From NCBI RefSeq assembly GCF_006345805.1, contig NC_043006.1, forward strand, positions 86,676,001-86,740,000: a DNA stretch of 64,000 bases, written 5' to 3'. This document shows, piece by piece, positions 24,020 to 37,559 of this stretch. The notes beneath the pieces were generated by a model. The model was not told where the DNA came from and searched no databases. It worked only from the letters and a program-made list of their open reading frames with translations. Origin of the DNA: Octopus sinensis. Taxonomy: Eukaryota. How positions within the stretch are numbered: position 1 is the stretch's first letter; the number at the start of each line of letters is the position of its first letter. The position numbers and the translations under genes are program-made.

Positions 24020-24905
24020 ATACCCCCTGGAAACACATCCAGAGCAAACACAGGGACGCGCGCACGCTCACAGCATATCGTGCGGGCGGGCACATGCGCG
24101 CATCGGCACGCATAGGACACACTAGCGGGCATTGACCACACACACTACGTGGCATGCACACGCATGCATTATATATATGTAGGTGATGTATGTGTGTGAG
24201 TGTTGTGTGTGTGTGTGTTGTGTGTGTGTGTGTGTGTGTGTGTGTGCACGTTGTGTGTGTGTGTGTGTGCGCGTGTTATATATATAGTGTGTGTGTGTGC
24301 ACTGTGTGCGTGTGGTGTGTATGTGTGTGCGTGCGCGCACGTTGTGTGTATGTGTGTGTGCACTGTGTATATGTGTGTGTGTGTGCACTGTGTACGGGTT
24401 GGTGTATGTTGGTGTGTGTGTGAGCATTATGTACGTATGTATATATTTACATGTGTATTTGTTTTTAAATATATATAATATATATATATATATGTGTGTG
24501 TGTGTGCACTGTGTGCGTGTGTGTGTATGTGTGTGTGCGTGCGCGCACGTTTGTGTATGTGTGTGTGCACGTGTGTATTATGTGTGTGTGTGTGCACTGT
24601 GTACGGGTGTTGTGTATGTGGTGTTGTGTGTGAGCATTATGTACGTATGTATATATTTACATGTGTATTTGTTTTTAAATATATATATATATATATATAT
24701 ATTGTGTGTATGTGTGTTGTGTGTGTATATGCATGGTATGTGTGTATATGTTAGTACTTGTTTGTGTGTGTGTGCGGCATGTAGAGATATATTTGAGTGT
24801 GTACGCTATAAGTTGTAATTTGTGTGTGGGGGGGGTGAATTTTTATATATATATATATGTATGTATGTGTGTGAAAAATATATGTATGTGCATGTATGTA
24901 TGTAT

Positions 24906-24937
<32 letters not shown>

Positions 24938-25745
24938 GTGTATATATATGGTGTATGTGTGTATGTGTGTGGTGTATATTTATTTGCTTGTTTATGTGTG
25001 TATAAACATGTACATTATTTGCATGCGCATTGTGTATATGTATATTGTATGTATGTGTATTGTATATGTATGTGTACAATTAAGTGTATATATGTGTGTG
25101 TATGTGTGCAGTGTATATATGTATATTGTAGGTGTGCTATATATGCGTGAATACAGGTATGTGCATTGCGTGTATATATATGTATACATTGTGTATGTAT
25201 GTTATGTGTGTGTGTGTGTATATATACATTATATGTATGCGTACGTGTATGTGTATGCGTTGTATGTATGTGTGTTGTGGGTATATGTGGTACATCTATG
25301 TATGTGTATGTAAACACTATTTATATGTATATGTGTATATATGTATATGCATTGTCTATATATATATATTATATGTATGTACTGCGTATGTATATTGCAT
25401 GCATATATTGTGTATGTATATTGCTTACATGCTGTATGTGTATATTGTATGTGTGTATATATATGCTAGGTGTATTTGTGTGATATTTATATTATGTATG
25501 TATGTGTGCGTGTGTTGTGTGTGTGTGTGTGTGTGTGGCTGTTTGTATGTGTGTTATATATCTGTGTATGTTATATATAGATACATATTATATTTGTGTG
25601 CTGTGTGTATATGTGATATATGTGGGTGCGTTGTTGTGGTGTGTGTGTTCTGTGTGTGTGTGTGTGTTGTTTGTATGTGGTGTGTGTTTGTTTACTATGT
25701 GTGTGTGTTGTGTGTGTTGTGTGTTGTGTGTGTGTGTGTGTATAT
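24020..25745 (+). repeat. Complex (GT/AT)-rich microsatellite tract forming the PLE2 3' region
   Basis: Mixed gtgt/tatg/atat repeats; the distal part is mirrored at 21245-21910. Confidence 0.9.
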
Positions 25746-26416
25746 ATATGTGTGTGACAAACAGACGCTATCTGACCAGCGGGCACGAACACATCTATTC
25801 ACACCCGCATACTAACCTCCTGATAACCCCCAAATCATTCATGCATAAGGGGAAGTATACACCACATTGGCTACTTCCTCTGTTCTCTCAGTTCAGCCTT
25901 TCTGCTAATCCCAACAGGTCAGTAAAAACATATTCTCGCCTTGTACTTAAAATATTCTGAGATGTATAAAAAAGCCATTCTAATTTTTGCTGTCAAAAGG
26001 CTGTATATATATACCGAAGATTGTATATATATACATGTAATGTGACAATTTGCGACAACCAATAATTAACGCAACCAATTCCCATAATATATTTGTTTTA
26101 TCCTTTTCTGCCAAATTTTCCCAAACATTCTCATCACACTATTGAACTTCTCTGTTACCAAACACTATATCTATACATGTAATGTGACAATTATGTATAA
26201 AAAAACATTTTTGAATTCATAATATCCAATGTGACAATTATGTAAAAACCTTTTTGAATGCATAATACTCATGTGACAATTATGTAAAAACCTTTTTGAA
26301 TGCATAATACTCAATGTGACAATTATGTAAAAACCTTTTTGAATGCATAATACTCAATGTGACAATTATGTAAAAAACTTTTTTTGACCCCATATTATTC
26401 AATGTTTCCTTAAATG

Positions 26417-26461
26417 TAACTTTTGACAATCTTTTACCAAGGAGTGAAACCGGTTAAGTAA
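26417..26461 (+). ncRNA. Decayed minimal hammerhead-like motif (PLE2 right arm)
   Basis: actt-TTGACAA-tcttt-tacc-aagga-gt-GAAA-ccggT-T-aagt, with a palindromic ACCGGT stem III; core has two mismatches to CUGANGA. Confidence 0.45.
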
Positions 26462-26599
26462 ATAAACATCGTTTAAATTGCATTTTCAACAACCTTTTTC
26501 TTATATAATCCCACTCGTGCGATACCCCACAACTCAACTTTTTTATATATATATTATATATATAGATATATATATATATATATTATATATATATATATA

Positions 26600-26750
26600 T
26601 ATCATGTCATCATTGTCATTTAATATCCGCTTTTCATGCTGGCATGGGTTGGATGGCTTGATCGGAGCTGGCTAGGCAGAAGACTGCACTAGGCTTCAGT
26701 GTCTGTTTTGGCATAGTTTTTACAGCTTGATGCCCTTCCTAACACCAGCC
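26600..26750 (+). mobile_element. Family B repeat fragment
   Basis: tcatgctggcatgggttgga...tttacagcttgatgcccttcctaac. Confidence 0.7.
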
Positions 26751-27079
26751 ACATATATGCATGTATGTGCTGTGCATGAATGTGTAGACAGCTGACTGAC
26801 ATAGCATGTCATATATGTTAGAGTAGTTTGCTTCTAATCTAGTCTTTACTCTTCTTCTGATGAAGCTTCAATCTGACTTTAAGTATTAGAATTAAGTTTA
26901 CTTATCAAAATGATTCTATGTTTGGGACATATAGTGTGGGAAGAGAAAAACATTTAGAATGATTAAACAATATTAATAGTGGCATACTCCCTTTATAAAT
27001 TCTTTATTTTGTTGTGTTGTAATTCTTGCTCAGTTGTTTGTAGAATTTGTTTGAAATTTAATTGTATATTCTGCTGTTT

Positions 27080-27445
27080 GGTAAGAAGCTTGCTTCCTGA
27101 CCACATGGTTCTGAATTCAGTCTCACTCTGTGGCTCCTTGGGCAAGTGTCTTCTACTATAGCCTCAGGTCGATGGAAATCTTTTGAGTGGGTTTAATAGA
27201 TGGAAACTGGAAGAAACCCATTGTGTGTGTGTGTGTCTTTGTTTATCCTCCACCACTGCTTGACAGCCGGTGTTGGAATGTATATCCCAGTAACTTAGCA
27301 AGTTGGCAAAAGAGACTGATAGAATAAGTACTAGGCTTTAAAAAAAGATAGTAAAAAGTATTGGGGTTGATTCATTTGACTAAAATTCCTTCAAGGCAGT
27401 GCTCCAGCATGGACACAGTCTAATAACTGAAAGAAGTAAGATAAA
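27080..27445 (+). mobile_element. tRNA-derived SINE (family A), diverged
   Basis: accacatggttctgaattcagtc...ttgggcaagtgtcttctactatagcc...gatagaataagtactaggc. Confidence 0.8.
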
Positions 27446-27529
27446 AGATCCCCAAACCCTCGCTCTATTATACCAAATTCTAAAGCTGTGTTTGTGCATA
27501 TGTGCGTATTTCTCACTGATACAACTGAA

Positions 27530-28130
27530 ACTAAAAGAAAGAATAGGAAAATAAATGGATTGGAAGCAATAATTAGCAAGCATGAAAGTGATGATACCAA
27601 AGCTAAAACTTGTTGAGAACAAGCTAACACCAAATCAACATTGCATAACATTATTCAGAACACAAAGCTTTATAAGGAACAAGGACAGAATTTTGTTTCA
27701 TCATTGAATTTTCAAATGACAACAAAACCATTGCAATGATTGAAATAGAAAGTCTTTGTCAACTTGGATCAAAGACTGCAATCAAAAGTGCATTACTTTA
27801 ACACTTTTGATATCAACTTGCCTCATACAACCCTTGATCCTATGATATAAACTTTTTCTTTTAAAGTAATTTAAATTAAACCTTCCATCAAAACTTGATG
27901 TTAATTTACGTTCCAAATCCCAGTTTAATAGCAACAAAATTATTTTACTAGATTCTTCAAAATTAACTGAAACAAAAGCAATGCATTTCTATAGAAACTT
28001 GGTAGCAAAAGGGTTACCAAAAGCAAAGGCTGTCTGTTTGTTGTAGTTTAAAATAAAGGCAGCAAAGAAAACAAAATTGGAGGGGGCAACTAATGAAAGA
28101 TTTTCTAGAAGTTCTGGTTGGTTTGACAGT
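27530..28130 (+). pseudogene. Tigger/pogo transposase N-terminal relic
   Basis: Decayed CENP-B-like HTH (LEAIISKHESDDTKAK, TKSTLHNIIQN, STWIKDCNQK) and FSRSSGWFD (FxASxGWF motif). Confidence 0.55.
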
Positions 28131-28529
28131 AATTTAAAATTAAAACAAATACTTCCTTTTACAATAAATTACAGAACAATAAAAACATTTATTTATTATA
28201 GTTGCATACCCTGATGCAAGTCAATAAACTAGTAAACTGTAAAAATGGGACCAATTTTATTTTTTTTTATTATATATAGTGAGGCTTATGTGCTATATTC
28301 AGTTTAATTTTCAGAAAATTTCAAATTAACTTTTTTCAAAGTCTAGACATCACTTGGCAATTTTACAAATATTTATATATTTGAATACAGTGGTGTTCTT
28401 GCAGCATGCAATAATTATAGCAATAAGGATACCCCTGTATATACATACATCAATATATTTATTACCTTTAGAAAATTCAGATGAAATTGTGGAGATACTG
28501 AAAGGCAGGTGAATGGAAGTGTGTTCATC

Positions 28530-28880
28530 AATCATCATCTTTTAATGTCTGTTTTCCATGCTGGCATGGGTTAGACAGTTTGACCAGAGCTGGCAAGCTG
28601 GGATGCTGCACCAAGTTCCAGTCTGATATGGCATGGTATCTATGGTTGGATGCCCTTTCTAATGCCAACCACTTTACAGTGTTGTTGGGTGCTTTTAACA
28701 TGTCATGGGCATGATTGCTTTTATCTGGCACTGCCATGAGTACTTTTTATGTTGCACCTCCATGAGTGTTTTTTACATGGCACTGGCACAGTGCCAATCC
28801 TCTTCACCAAAAGATGTGGTCTTAGCACTTCTGTTGTGGAGGATGGGTCTTCTTGAATACTGTGGAGTATGGGTCTTGTG
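28530..28880 (+). mobile_element. Family B repeat
   Basis: catcatcttttaatgtctgttttccatgctggcatggg...ggatgccctt.ctaatgccaaccac. Confidence 0.75.
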
Positions 28881-29317
28881 CAACAAATTGCAAAAGAGCC
28901 TGGGTCAAAATACTCAAAAGCAAAGAACAAAGCTGCAAACTCTTTTGAATTTGTGCTAGTTATGAAATTGGCAAATTGCTGGCAGAGAAATAGCTAGATA
29001 AGATAACTGAAATCATGAAAAGGTGTAGTTGGATAACTAACGTTGATGACAATGGTGACATCTATCTCTACTTCTCTCCAGCAGTCAGGTCTGGCAGATA
29101 AGAATAAGGTCTACTTGTATGAAACACCTCTATAAACAAACTCCAAAATGAATAACAATGAAAAAAAAGTACACAACTCAGAGTGAACATTGTCACGTAG
29201 ACTTCTGTTACATTCCTGCTATGAATATTGCCTTAAATAGTTTTATCTATCTCAGAATACCAAATACTCAAACCAATCATTCTACAATCACATTTCCCTC
29301 TCGTCTATATTATTCAT

Positions 29318-29520
29318 GTGGAAGTGCATGGCTTAGAGGTTAGGGAGTTGGACTCATGGTTGTAAGATTGTGGTTTTGTTTCCTGGACCAGGCATTGCAT
29401 TATGTTCTCGAGCAGAACACTTCATTTCATGTTGCTCCAGTTCACTTAGCTGGTTAAAATGAGTAATCCTACACTGGACTGGTGTCCCGTGCAGGGAGGA
29501 ATATACAAACCAGAGAGACT
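29318..29520 (+). mobile_element. tRNA-derived SINE (family D)
   Basis: gcatggcttagaggttagg head; acacttcatttcatgttgctccagttcact.agctgg body. Confidence 0.6.
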
Positions 29521-31198
29521 GGAAAACCAGCCCTATGCTCCTTATAGAGTAATGTGGACTAACCTAACTATCATTCATACTTCACATTCTGTGAAGAGGA
29601 GGGCAAGTGAGTAAAGAAGTCAGGTTGTTAGGTCCCTTTAGCCAAGATGAGGCCTCTCTGGCATTGTTGTCATAAAACATACACCCAGTAAATTCTGTAA
29701 AGTGGTTAGTTTTAGAAAGAGAATCCAACAGCAGAAGTGAAATATGAGTGAGATAAGGTCCCACTCTATCTGTCTCATCTGGGTGAGCAAACTCATCCAA
29801 CATATGAAGAGCAGAGGTAAAAGAACGATGATGACAATTATCAAACATGCCTCTGCATATTTATATAACTATATATCATCATCATCATTTTAATGTCTAC
29901 TTTCTCATGTTTGCATAGTTCAGACATGATTGTGTTAGGGCAGAGAATTTTTTTTAATGGTCAGATGCCCTTTCTGTCATTATTACCCCCAGCAAACATT
30001 TAGGAGAGCAGAAATATCCCATCCAACACATGTCTGCATGGAAAATCAACACAATATAGTAAAAACAATGATGATGAGGCACACACACATTTATATCCAC
30101 ATGCATACACACATAATCATCATCATGTATCATGATCTGTCTTTATGAACAAAGATGTAATTAGAAAGCTATTCACAGTGGGTGTAGGCTTGCTGGAGCT
30201 GGTTCGCTTTATTCAGAATAGACAAACGGGCCATAGCAGCTGCAAGGAACATTCCATTCTGAGCTTGGTACGTTTGAGTCACAGTTCTTGTCAAATCCTC
30301 TTATCTCAAAGGCAGCACTACATGTATATGTAAACAAGGAAACAGACTAGTTGATGGTATGTTACCAAGCTTCACATAGACTATTATCATTATCATGATT
30401 TTATGGTTGTTTTCAGATGTTGCTATGGGTTGGATTGATCATCACAATCTGAATCCGTTCATATTAGAAGCAATTGCTATCAAAGACTGGTGTTTGTATG
30501 TGTCATTTACGCTTAGTTTCTATGGCAGGATGCCCATTCTATTGCCAGTCATTTTACAGAGAGTACTTGGTACATTTTCTCATGATACCAAGATTACAAA
30601 AGGTTGAATAGTCATCAGCAAGACAAAAATAAAGTAGAGTATATTCTCTTCACTTGTTTGTCATCTACTTCACAGTGTGTACTGGGTGTATTTTTTCAAG
30701 GCAATGCACACATGCACATGCATGTGTGTGAATTTATAAGTTAAATTTTAACCATCATAGATGAGGTAATCCTGAAGTACTGTTTACAGTATTGATTTTC
30801 TAACTTTTTATGGTAGTCTATTCCTATATGCTAGGATAGGAGTGTGAGGAAGATGGTTTATGGATCTGATAGGATTTCCAATTCATCTTGTCCTATCATG
30901 CAAATAAAAATTTGGTGTAGGAGTTCCAAAATGTTTCATGGTTATCAATAAAACTGTGGTTGCATTCTATCTGGTACTCTCAAGTGTATCATAGTAATAA
31001 TTTGTATATATTCAGGTCTTTAACTTGGGTTATTTTCCTCATAAAGTGCATACTTACATAATTCTTTTTATCTGTCTCATCTACATACATACTTGTATAC
31101 ATAAATGCATTGTTAATTTTTATGTCCATTTTTAAAGCTAGCATAGTATATACATGTATATGTGTACATGTGTAGATGTGTGTGAGTGTATGTACATT

Positions 31199-31433
31199 AG
31201 TGAGCTGGCAGAATCATTAGAGTACTGGGAAAAATGCTTAGTGGTATTTTGCCCATCGCTACGTTCTGAGTTCAAATTCTGCCAAAGTTGACTTTGCCTT
31301 TTATCCTTTTGGGGTCGATGAATTAAGTACCAGTTACATACCAGGATCGATCTAATCAACTGGCGCCCTCCCCACAAATTTCAGACCTTTTGCCTTTAGT
31401 AGAAAGGATTGTATCATCATTATTATTATTATT
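31199..31433 (+). mobile_element. tRNA-derived SINE (family C)
   Basis: gtgagctggcagaa...gttctgagttcaaattc...ggggtcgat.aattaagtaccagtt...agaaaggatt(att)n; reverse copy at 57895-58118. Confidence 0.8.
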
Positions 31434-31697
31434 TAAAACAGTTTGGTTTGGCCTTATGCGACAAAGTTTTATAAGCTTTTTACAGAAACCTAACTTGTAG
31501 GGCAGCCCAAGAAGCTAGGTTTCTATAATAAACCTACAAAACTTCAGGTTGCATGGGGTTGAATCAAACTGTTTTAAATAATAATATATGTAACTCCAAC
31601 TAAAAATATTGAATGCCCCACTTCTTACATTTGTCCACTCAACCATATGTATATATATGGGTGAGAGAGAGTTAAGAAAGAAACAAACTGAACCTAC

Positions 31698-31825
31698 CTG
31701 ATAGTTTGTGGTCAGCTCAGATACGAGAGACATCCAGACATCAACTTCGTAATTGACTCGGTAAAATCCAACACTTTTGTAGTTCCCTTTCACCCATTTT
31801 GTACCTTTCTCCACTTGAAATGTTG
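31698..31825 (-). CDS. Internal exon of an M1-family aminopeptidase (glutamyl aminopeptidase/APN-like), start of the C-terminal domain
   Basis: TFQVEKGTKWVKGNYKSVGFYRVNYEVDVWMSLVSELTTNYQ matches the W-x-K-x-N...GFYRVNY signature. Acceptor ttttcag and donor CAG|gtaggt; 128 bp, phase 1 to phase 0. Confidence 0.9.
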
Positions 31826-34737
31826 CTGAAAATATTAAATGGTTATCATTAATAATACAATATAATTAGTAAAATTTGGTAGCATTCATAGCAATAGCAG
31901 GTTAATTTCTTTACATTGAAGAGCAGTGCCAATAAATGTACACATACATAGGCATTATACTTTATCCATCACCAATGCTTTATCCCTGTAGAGACCATTT
32001 TGTTGTTTTGTCTCACTAGTATTCAATATAGTGCAAAAAACACTAGTATGATACTTTTGATACAATTTTATAACATTTTCATTTTAATATTTTTATTTTA
32101 ACATCTAATAATCATAGTTCACTTGTTCAAAATAGAAAACGATGTTGCTGTGGGTTAATAACTTTTTAATAATTAGGTTAGTCTACTTTTATTTTCTCTG
32201 ATTTAGTGCAGATAATAGGGTATAGAGCAAAGGGTAATCAATTAGAAGCTTCCTAGAATTGCTTTCTTTTATCTGCTTAATGACTTTCCTCATTATTCTC
32301 TTTGATGTTATTTGCTTCTCATTATCTTTGCCCCCTTAAATGTAAACCTATCTTTTCAATTTGACTGAGATCTGGTCGCATAAAGGAAACTGTCATACTT
32401 TGCCATATATGAATTAGGTCATAATCTTTCTGAAAAGATCAACCATTTGGCATATTCAGATGTTTATCCAAAAATATTTTATTATCATTTGTTACCAAGG
32501 AAAAATTTTCTTTCAAATGTCTGGCACTTTTACTTTAAAACACTCTTCAATACATCATTTTGCTGTATTCAAAAAGAATAATCCATAATGGAATACTGGT
32601 TATTCATCTTCTGTTGTATCACTACTGCATGTGAACATCCTAATATTTTAGACCACATTCAAAAGATACTTGTTTTACTGGTTTACAAATATTTGATCAC
32701 CACCATGCTTCAACCAGTTCAAAGATACTCTGTGTTATCTTACAATTCTCAACAAGGAATGGGTTTTTCCCTTTCCAACTATGGCTGACCATATCATTTA
32801 TTTTCTCCCAAAATTGACCTACAGATATCCAAAGTGGATGGAATCTTCAAGAATTAGGCCTATCTGGTAATGTCTTCATTGATAATGACCATTGTTCTTC
32901 TTCCTCTGATTGCCTTATTAAAACACAACAGACATTACTTAGCTATACTGAATGGAGGCAGCTGGATGCTGATGCCTTCTGAAGTACCACAGTTTATTGA
33001 TACAAAATTCCATTGAATGAAATAGCTTGCCAAACTTTCTGGACATCCCAGTATTTTTAGCCATGAGTCAGTACTAAACACTATTTTCATTATTTGTGCT
33101 TGAATAAGGCAGTAAGCAAGTAGAATCATCAGAGCATCAGAATAAATTGCTTTGCAGTATTTTTCAGCTCTTTGCATTCTGTGTTCAGATCTTTTCAAGG
33201 TCAGCTTTTCTTTCCTGTGTCTGAGGTTGGTAAACCAAAGTAATAGTGTCAGTAAACTAAATACTGAGATTGAAGGCACTGGCCAACCCTCTAACTTTTT
33301 TTCTCTGGCCTTATACCTAAATGACAAAAAATTATTAAGTGTTTAAATAATTGCTATTCTATATTTTGTTATGGGAATAACTGGTGGAGAGGCTGCTTTC
33401 AAGATCACTTTATAAGTGATCTTGGAAGCTGGATTATAAGGCAGTTGAGTTAGATCATGAAAGAGTTGTACTTTAGAAACATAGCTGGTTTGTGTGTTAG
33501 TGAGAACTGGCTGGAAAGGTAAAACTTGACTCAAATAACACATCATTTATTATCATGGTCTCAAAACCACAATTCAAGAAAGGACTTGAAAGCTTCACTG
33601 ATGAAATACTTCTGTAGAATCTCTTCTCATGCCTTAAATATATTCCTCCTTCCTCACCAAGCTTTGATTATGGCATTACTGTTACACATACTCCCACAAC
33701 TGTTCTATTTTAATGCTCTGCAATTTTACTCACTCCTTCAAGGGTAAACAACCTCATATAATGTAGCAACAGCTGTTCAAAAGTTTAATAGAAATAACAA
33801 TCTGTCAACATAATGAAATTAAATATAAAATGTACATATTTTATATATTCCTTGTTTATTTTTTAACATTTTAAAAAGTGTCAGGAACCAACATGCCATC
33901 ATTAAATTAATGAAAAGAAATAGTTGTATGACTTGACTTTATAGATTTCAACAGTTTGTGTAGTTTCAAATGGCTGTTTCCAGCAATTTCTAAGCTACTG
34001 CCAACAATTGAAAAATAATTAGATAAATAAATAAATAAATAAATAGATAACAGAAATGCATTGTATAAATATAGAAAAATAGTTGTGCTTTCAGTATTCC
34101 CTAAAAAATAAAAATAAACACAGGATAATAATGATGTCAGAGCATTAATAAAATATAAAGCGTTATTTGAAACAAATAATTGTTTATCTTCATAGCAGAC
34201 AATAAAATATATTAGAATGATAAATACCTTTAATTATTGCAATATATGTGAGTTGTTGTGTTAGTTTCATGTGTGGTATGTGTTATCATTATCAACGATG
34301 GTCTTTTGTGCATGCAAATTGATCCTTTTACTCTTTTGCTAACTTCACAGCAAGGACTGGCTATGCTGGAGCACTTTCTATGAAATCTCCTCTCCTCCTA
34401 CAGCCCGCTTTCTGTAGTTAGCATGCAGGATAAATATGTGTGAGAGTATGTATGTGTGTGTGTGTGTTGTGTGTTGTGTGTGTATGTATGTATCTATATC
34501 TTCAGATCTGCTATGGCCTACCCACCAAGCCTTCACAAAAGTAAAAGAGAGAGACAGCAAAAAGAGAAATGTCCCATGTATTTGAAAACTATGTAAATAT
34601 TTTTAAAAGACATTTCATTTAATTTTCCCACAGTTTAATTGTTTTTCATGCTTTACTCTAAGTTGAAAAAGTCGCAAAGACTGAAACTGGTACTAAAATG
34701 TTCTTCATGATAAAAATTTCCTACCTTGTCCTATTCT

Positions 34738-34770
<33 letters not shown>

Positions 34771-34772
<2 letters not shown>

Positions 34773-35118
34773 AGCAAAAGGCCCCCCCCCGTCCAACAGA
34801 CGGTGCTGAGTTGTCAAACATTTAAATCAAATTTTCTCACAACAACTTATCCATAGGACACCCCTTTGAGAAACACTGATTTAACCTAAATTTGAGACAC
34901 CAGCAAGAGAAGAAATAAAGATAGACTTTTTTTTCTATTCCAAAGAATGCTTTATCGATTGCATTCTCACCTGGAATCATTTTTTGTAATTTTTTCAAGA
35001 CTTATACATGCCCTGATATCGTCGGTATCTGCATATAAAATTTGAGTGCAATCAGATGGAGGAGGCCCGAGATCCTAGAAGACACACACACAGACAGACA
35101 GAATGGATTTTATATAAG

Positions 35119-35119
<1 letters not shown>
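34771..35119 (-). mobile_element. Non-autonomous Helitron-like element, diverged copy 3
   Basis: Same termini as 6718-7080 (TCTTATATAAAA..., ccgtc-tgttg-gacgg hairpin, CTTG) with a different middle; embedded in (TA)n. Confidence 0.7.
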
Positions 35120-35153
<34 letters not shown>

Positions 35154-35346
35154 TCTTATATAAAATAAAAAAAAAACACACACTCACACATATATGACTG
35201 GATAATTTGTTGAGAAAATAACAAATTTCCCAACTAATAATTCAGCACTTTTCCATGCAAAGTGTATAGAATGTAAAAGGTTACAGAGATACATTCACAT
35301 ACATTTGTATAGTGTCTAAGTATACACACACACACACACTCATATA

Positions 35347-36032
35347 CGGTGTGCTGCATAAACTATCATCTAAATTACAAAAAATGAAAATAAAACGGAC
35401 ATCTCATTTTAACAGATATATTTACCAAAATTACATAAAAATATCTTGAAATATAAATGCAGGAGTGTCTGTGTGGTAAGAAGCTTGCTTCCCAACTACA
35501 TGGTTCCAGGTTCAGCCCCACTGCATGGCAGAAATTGTCTGACAGCCGTGACTGGGTTCTCCTGCTTGTGTGGCATGGTGCAGAGTCCTGTTGACAGACA
35601 TAGGGTCTTCCAGCAGCCACCCTCTTCACTCAGGGCAGCACTACCTCCTCCAGGCACTTGATGTAAGCTTTTGTGTTGAGTGTGAAGCTGTGCAAGAAGA
35701 TAAATGGAGGCATAATGTCATCATCACTAGTGATTACTCCAAAGACCATGACGATGAGTAGATGTTTGGTTTTTATCACTCTTGGTGAATGTCCTCAGAT
35801 TGACACCCAGACATTCTGAAATGTTCATATTGGGACTTATGGGTGAATGCCAAGCAGTACAGCATGTCATTTCCAAATTTCTGGCAGAGTGAATTGTGTC
35901 ATGGTGTTGTTTTCCTCACAGAAGTTATCCAACTGACCCTACTATACTGTACAGTCAACAAAATCAAAAACAAACGATGCACATGCACAAAATTAAAAAT
36001 ATAAAATGGCAACAATTTACCCATTGCACACT
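35347..36032 (-). mobile_element. Internally deleted maT/DD37D-type transposon with a nested SINE fragment (35455-35522)
   Basis: VMVFGVITSDDDIMPPFIF...KRVAAGRPYVCQQDSAPCHTSRRTQ; N-terminal MTQFTLPEIWK; short TA-flanked terminal similarity (cggtgtgc / tagtgtgc). Confidence 0.65.
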
Positions 36033-36110
36033 ATATATATGTATATATATATATATACAAAGTTAGTTTGTGTATTTAACATTTAATTTGGCAAAAAATT
36101 GTTATCAATG

Positions 36111-36185
36111 GGCAGTTTAGTTTAATTGGTAGAGTACTCAGCCAGTACCTCAGAGTTACAAGTTTGAGTCCTGTGGCTATCTGCC
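36111..36185 (+). pseudogene. tRNA-like sequence (tRNA pseudogene or solitary SINE head)
   Basis: ggcag...ctgcc ends, A-box-like tagtttaattggt, B-box-like gtttgagtcc; anticodon arm not canonical. Confidence 0.35.
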
Positions 36186-37559
36186 GACATCTTTTTCTGT
36201 CATTTAAAGGTAAAATACTCAATCTTTCAGCTGTTTTCCCAGCTGTACTGCATTTGAAATATTACTTTCTGAACTGAAACAATACAGTTTCAAATCAAAC
36301 TTCTTAAGCTCTCCACTCCAATTGAGAAAGCAAACTGTTCTGAAGAATCACTGAGAGCATTTTTAGTGTTACATTTATGTAATCTTCAAATTTCTTCTTT
36401 TGCTCCTTCTGGCTCCCTTCGTATTCTTTCATATATGTGTGCCATAAAGAAAGGTATATCATATCAGTGGCAGATGAATTTTTAATATGTATGATTGCCA
36501 TTGAATCATCGCAAAATAAATAGCAAATGATAGTATTTTTATAACATGTGTGTTTAAGGAAGAAGTTGGAATATAGTGGGATGTAGATTATCATGATGAT
36601 TACTCATAGAGAATGGCAGATATGTATTTCTGATTGATGTGTAATTGGAATGATTGAAGTCACTGGGAAGTTCAAAAATTAAATTAACGTTTAGTATTAT
36701 CAAAATGAGATATACTGTAATATGTATACGTAACTAGGTAGTTCTACATATCACAACATATATATATACAATCAGGCAAGCATATTCAGTAATATGCAGA
36801 AATATATTATAAAGTTAAATAACCCAATAAACATTAAAAATATTAGTTAGATAAATTAATTATGTAATGCACCAGTTCAATAAAAACAAAGCAGTAGAAC
36901 AATATTTCTTATCTTAGTCATTTACATATCTTAATGAGAACATGTGCTTATGTAATTTAAAATTAATCAATTGCAATTGAAAGGGTTGTAATTATAAAGA
37001 ATCTCTATTTCCAAAATGTACATTTTTCACAATATTTTAATATTTTAATTACACTTTCAAATATTAACTGCTTTTCAAGTTTTGCTATTTATTTTGACAA
37101 AGGATATTTAAAAATTACTTCACACACACAGACAGGCATATGAATGTGCATGTGTGTATATGTATGTATATATCAATAAAGAAGCTTACCACCTGCCTAT
37201 TATTTTAAGGCACCTAATCCATAAAATCAGTACAAGAATCTCATATCTATACTGCAATAAAGATATTTTGGCAGTGCAGCATTGTATTACTAAAGCTCTT
37301 TAGCAAAACATGTCTTCAAAGGAAGGTTCAAAAGCAGGTAAAACACAGTTTCATACCACATGGAAGGTCACTGTGTTATGTATGGTGTATACATGACATA
37401 TCTAAGTTTCATATGTATGCCCTGTATATTGAAATCACAGCCTACATTTATACATGGGGGTAAAGATAGGAAAGGTTGTTATTAGCATTGTACAACTATA
37501 ATGCTGTTCCATGCAAGCTTTAGTTGCTTTGGCAGTTGCCAGGTGGGGCACTTGGACCT

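Larger units (their letters stand above)
20497..26506 (+). mobile_element. Second Penelope-like element with ~1.4-kb inverted terminal arms
   Basis: 20497-~21910 is the reverse complement of ~25098-26506, including complex microsatellite. Internal RT and GIY-YIG on the plus strand. Confidence 0.9.

Noticed and set aside
21091-25960. Many long ORFs rich in VCVC/HTHT/YIYI
   Set aside because: These are translations of (GT)n/(CA)n/(TA)n microsatellite, which lacks stop codons; not genes.
26857-26863. CTGATGA as a hammerhead core (also 16009-16015)
   Set aside because: No stem II followed by GAAA and no stem III downstream.
28466-28497. 32-nt minus-strand micro-exon with good AG/GT sites
   Set aside because: The phase required after the 31698 exon gives a stop, and there is no DRxxLIDD motif.
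32200-33760. Codon-like minus-strand region including a 130-aa ORF
   Set aside because: No recognisable motifs; the extended frame has stops at about the random rate, and one ORF of this length is expected by chance in 64 kb.
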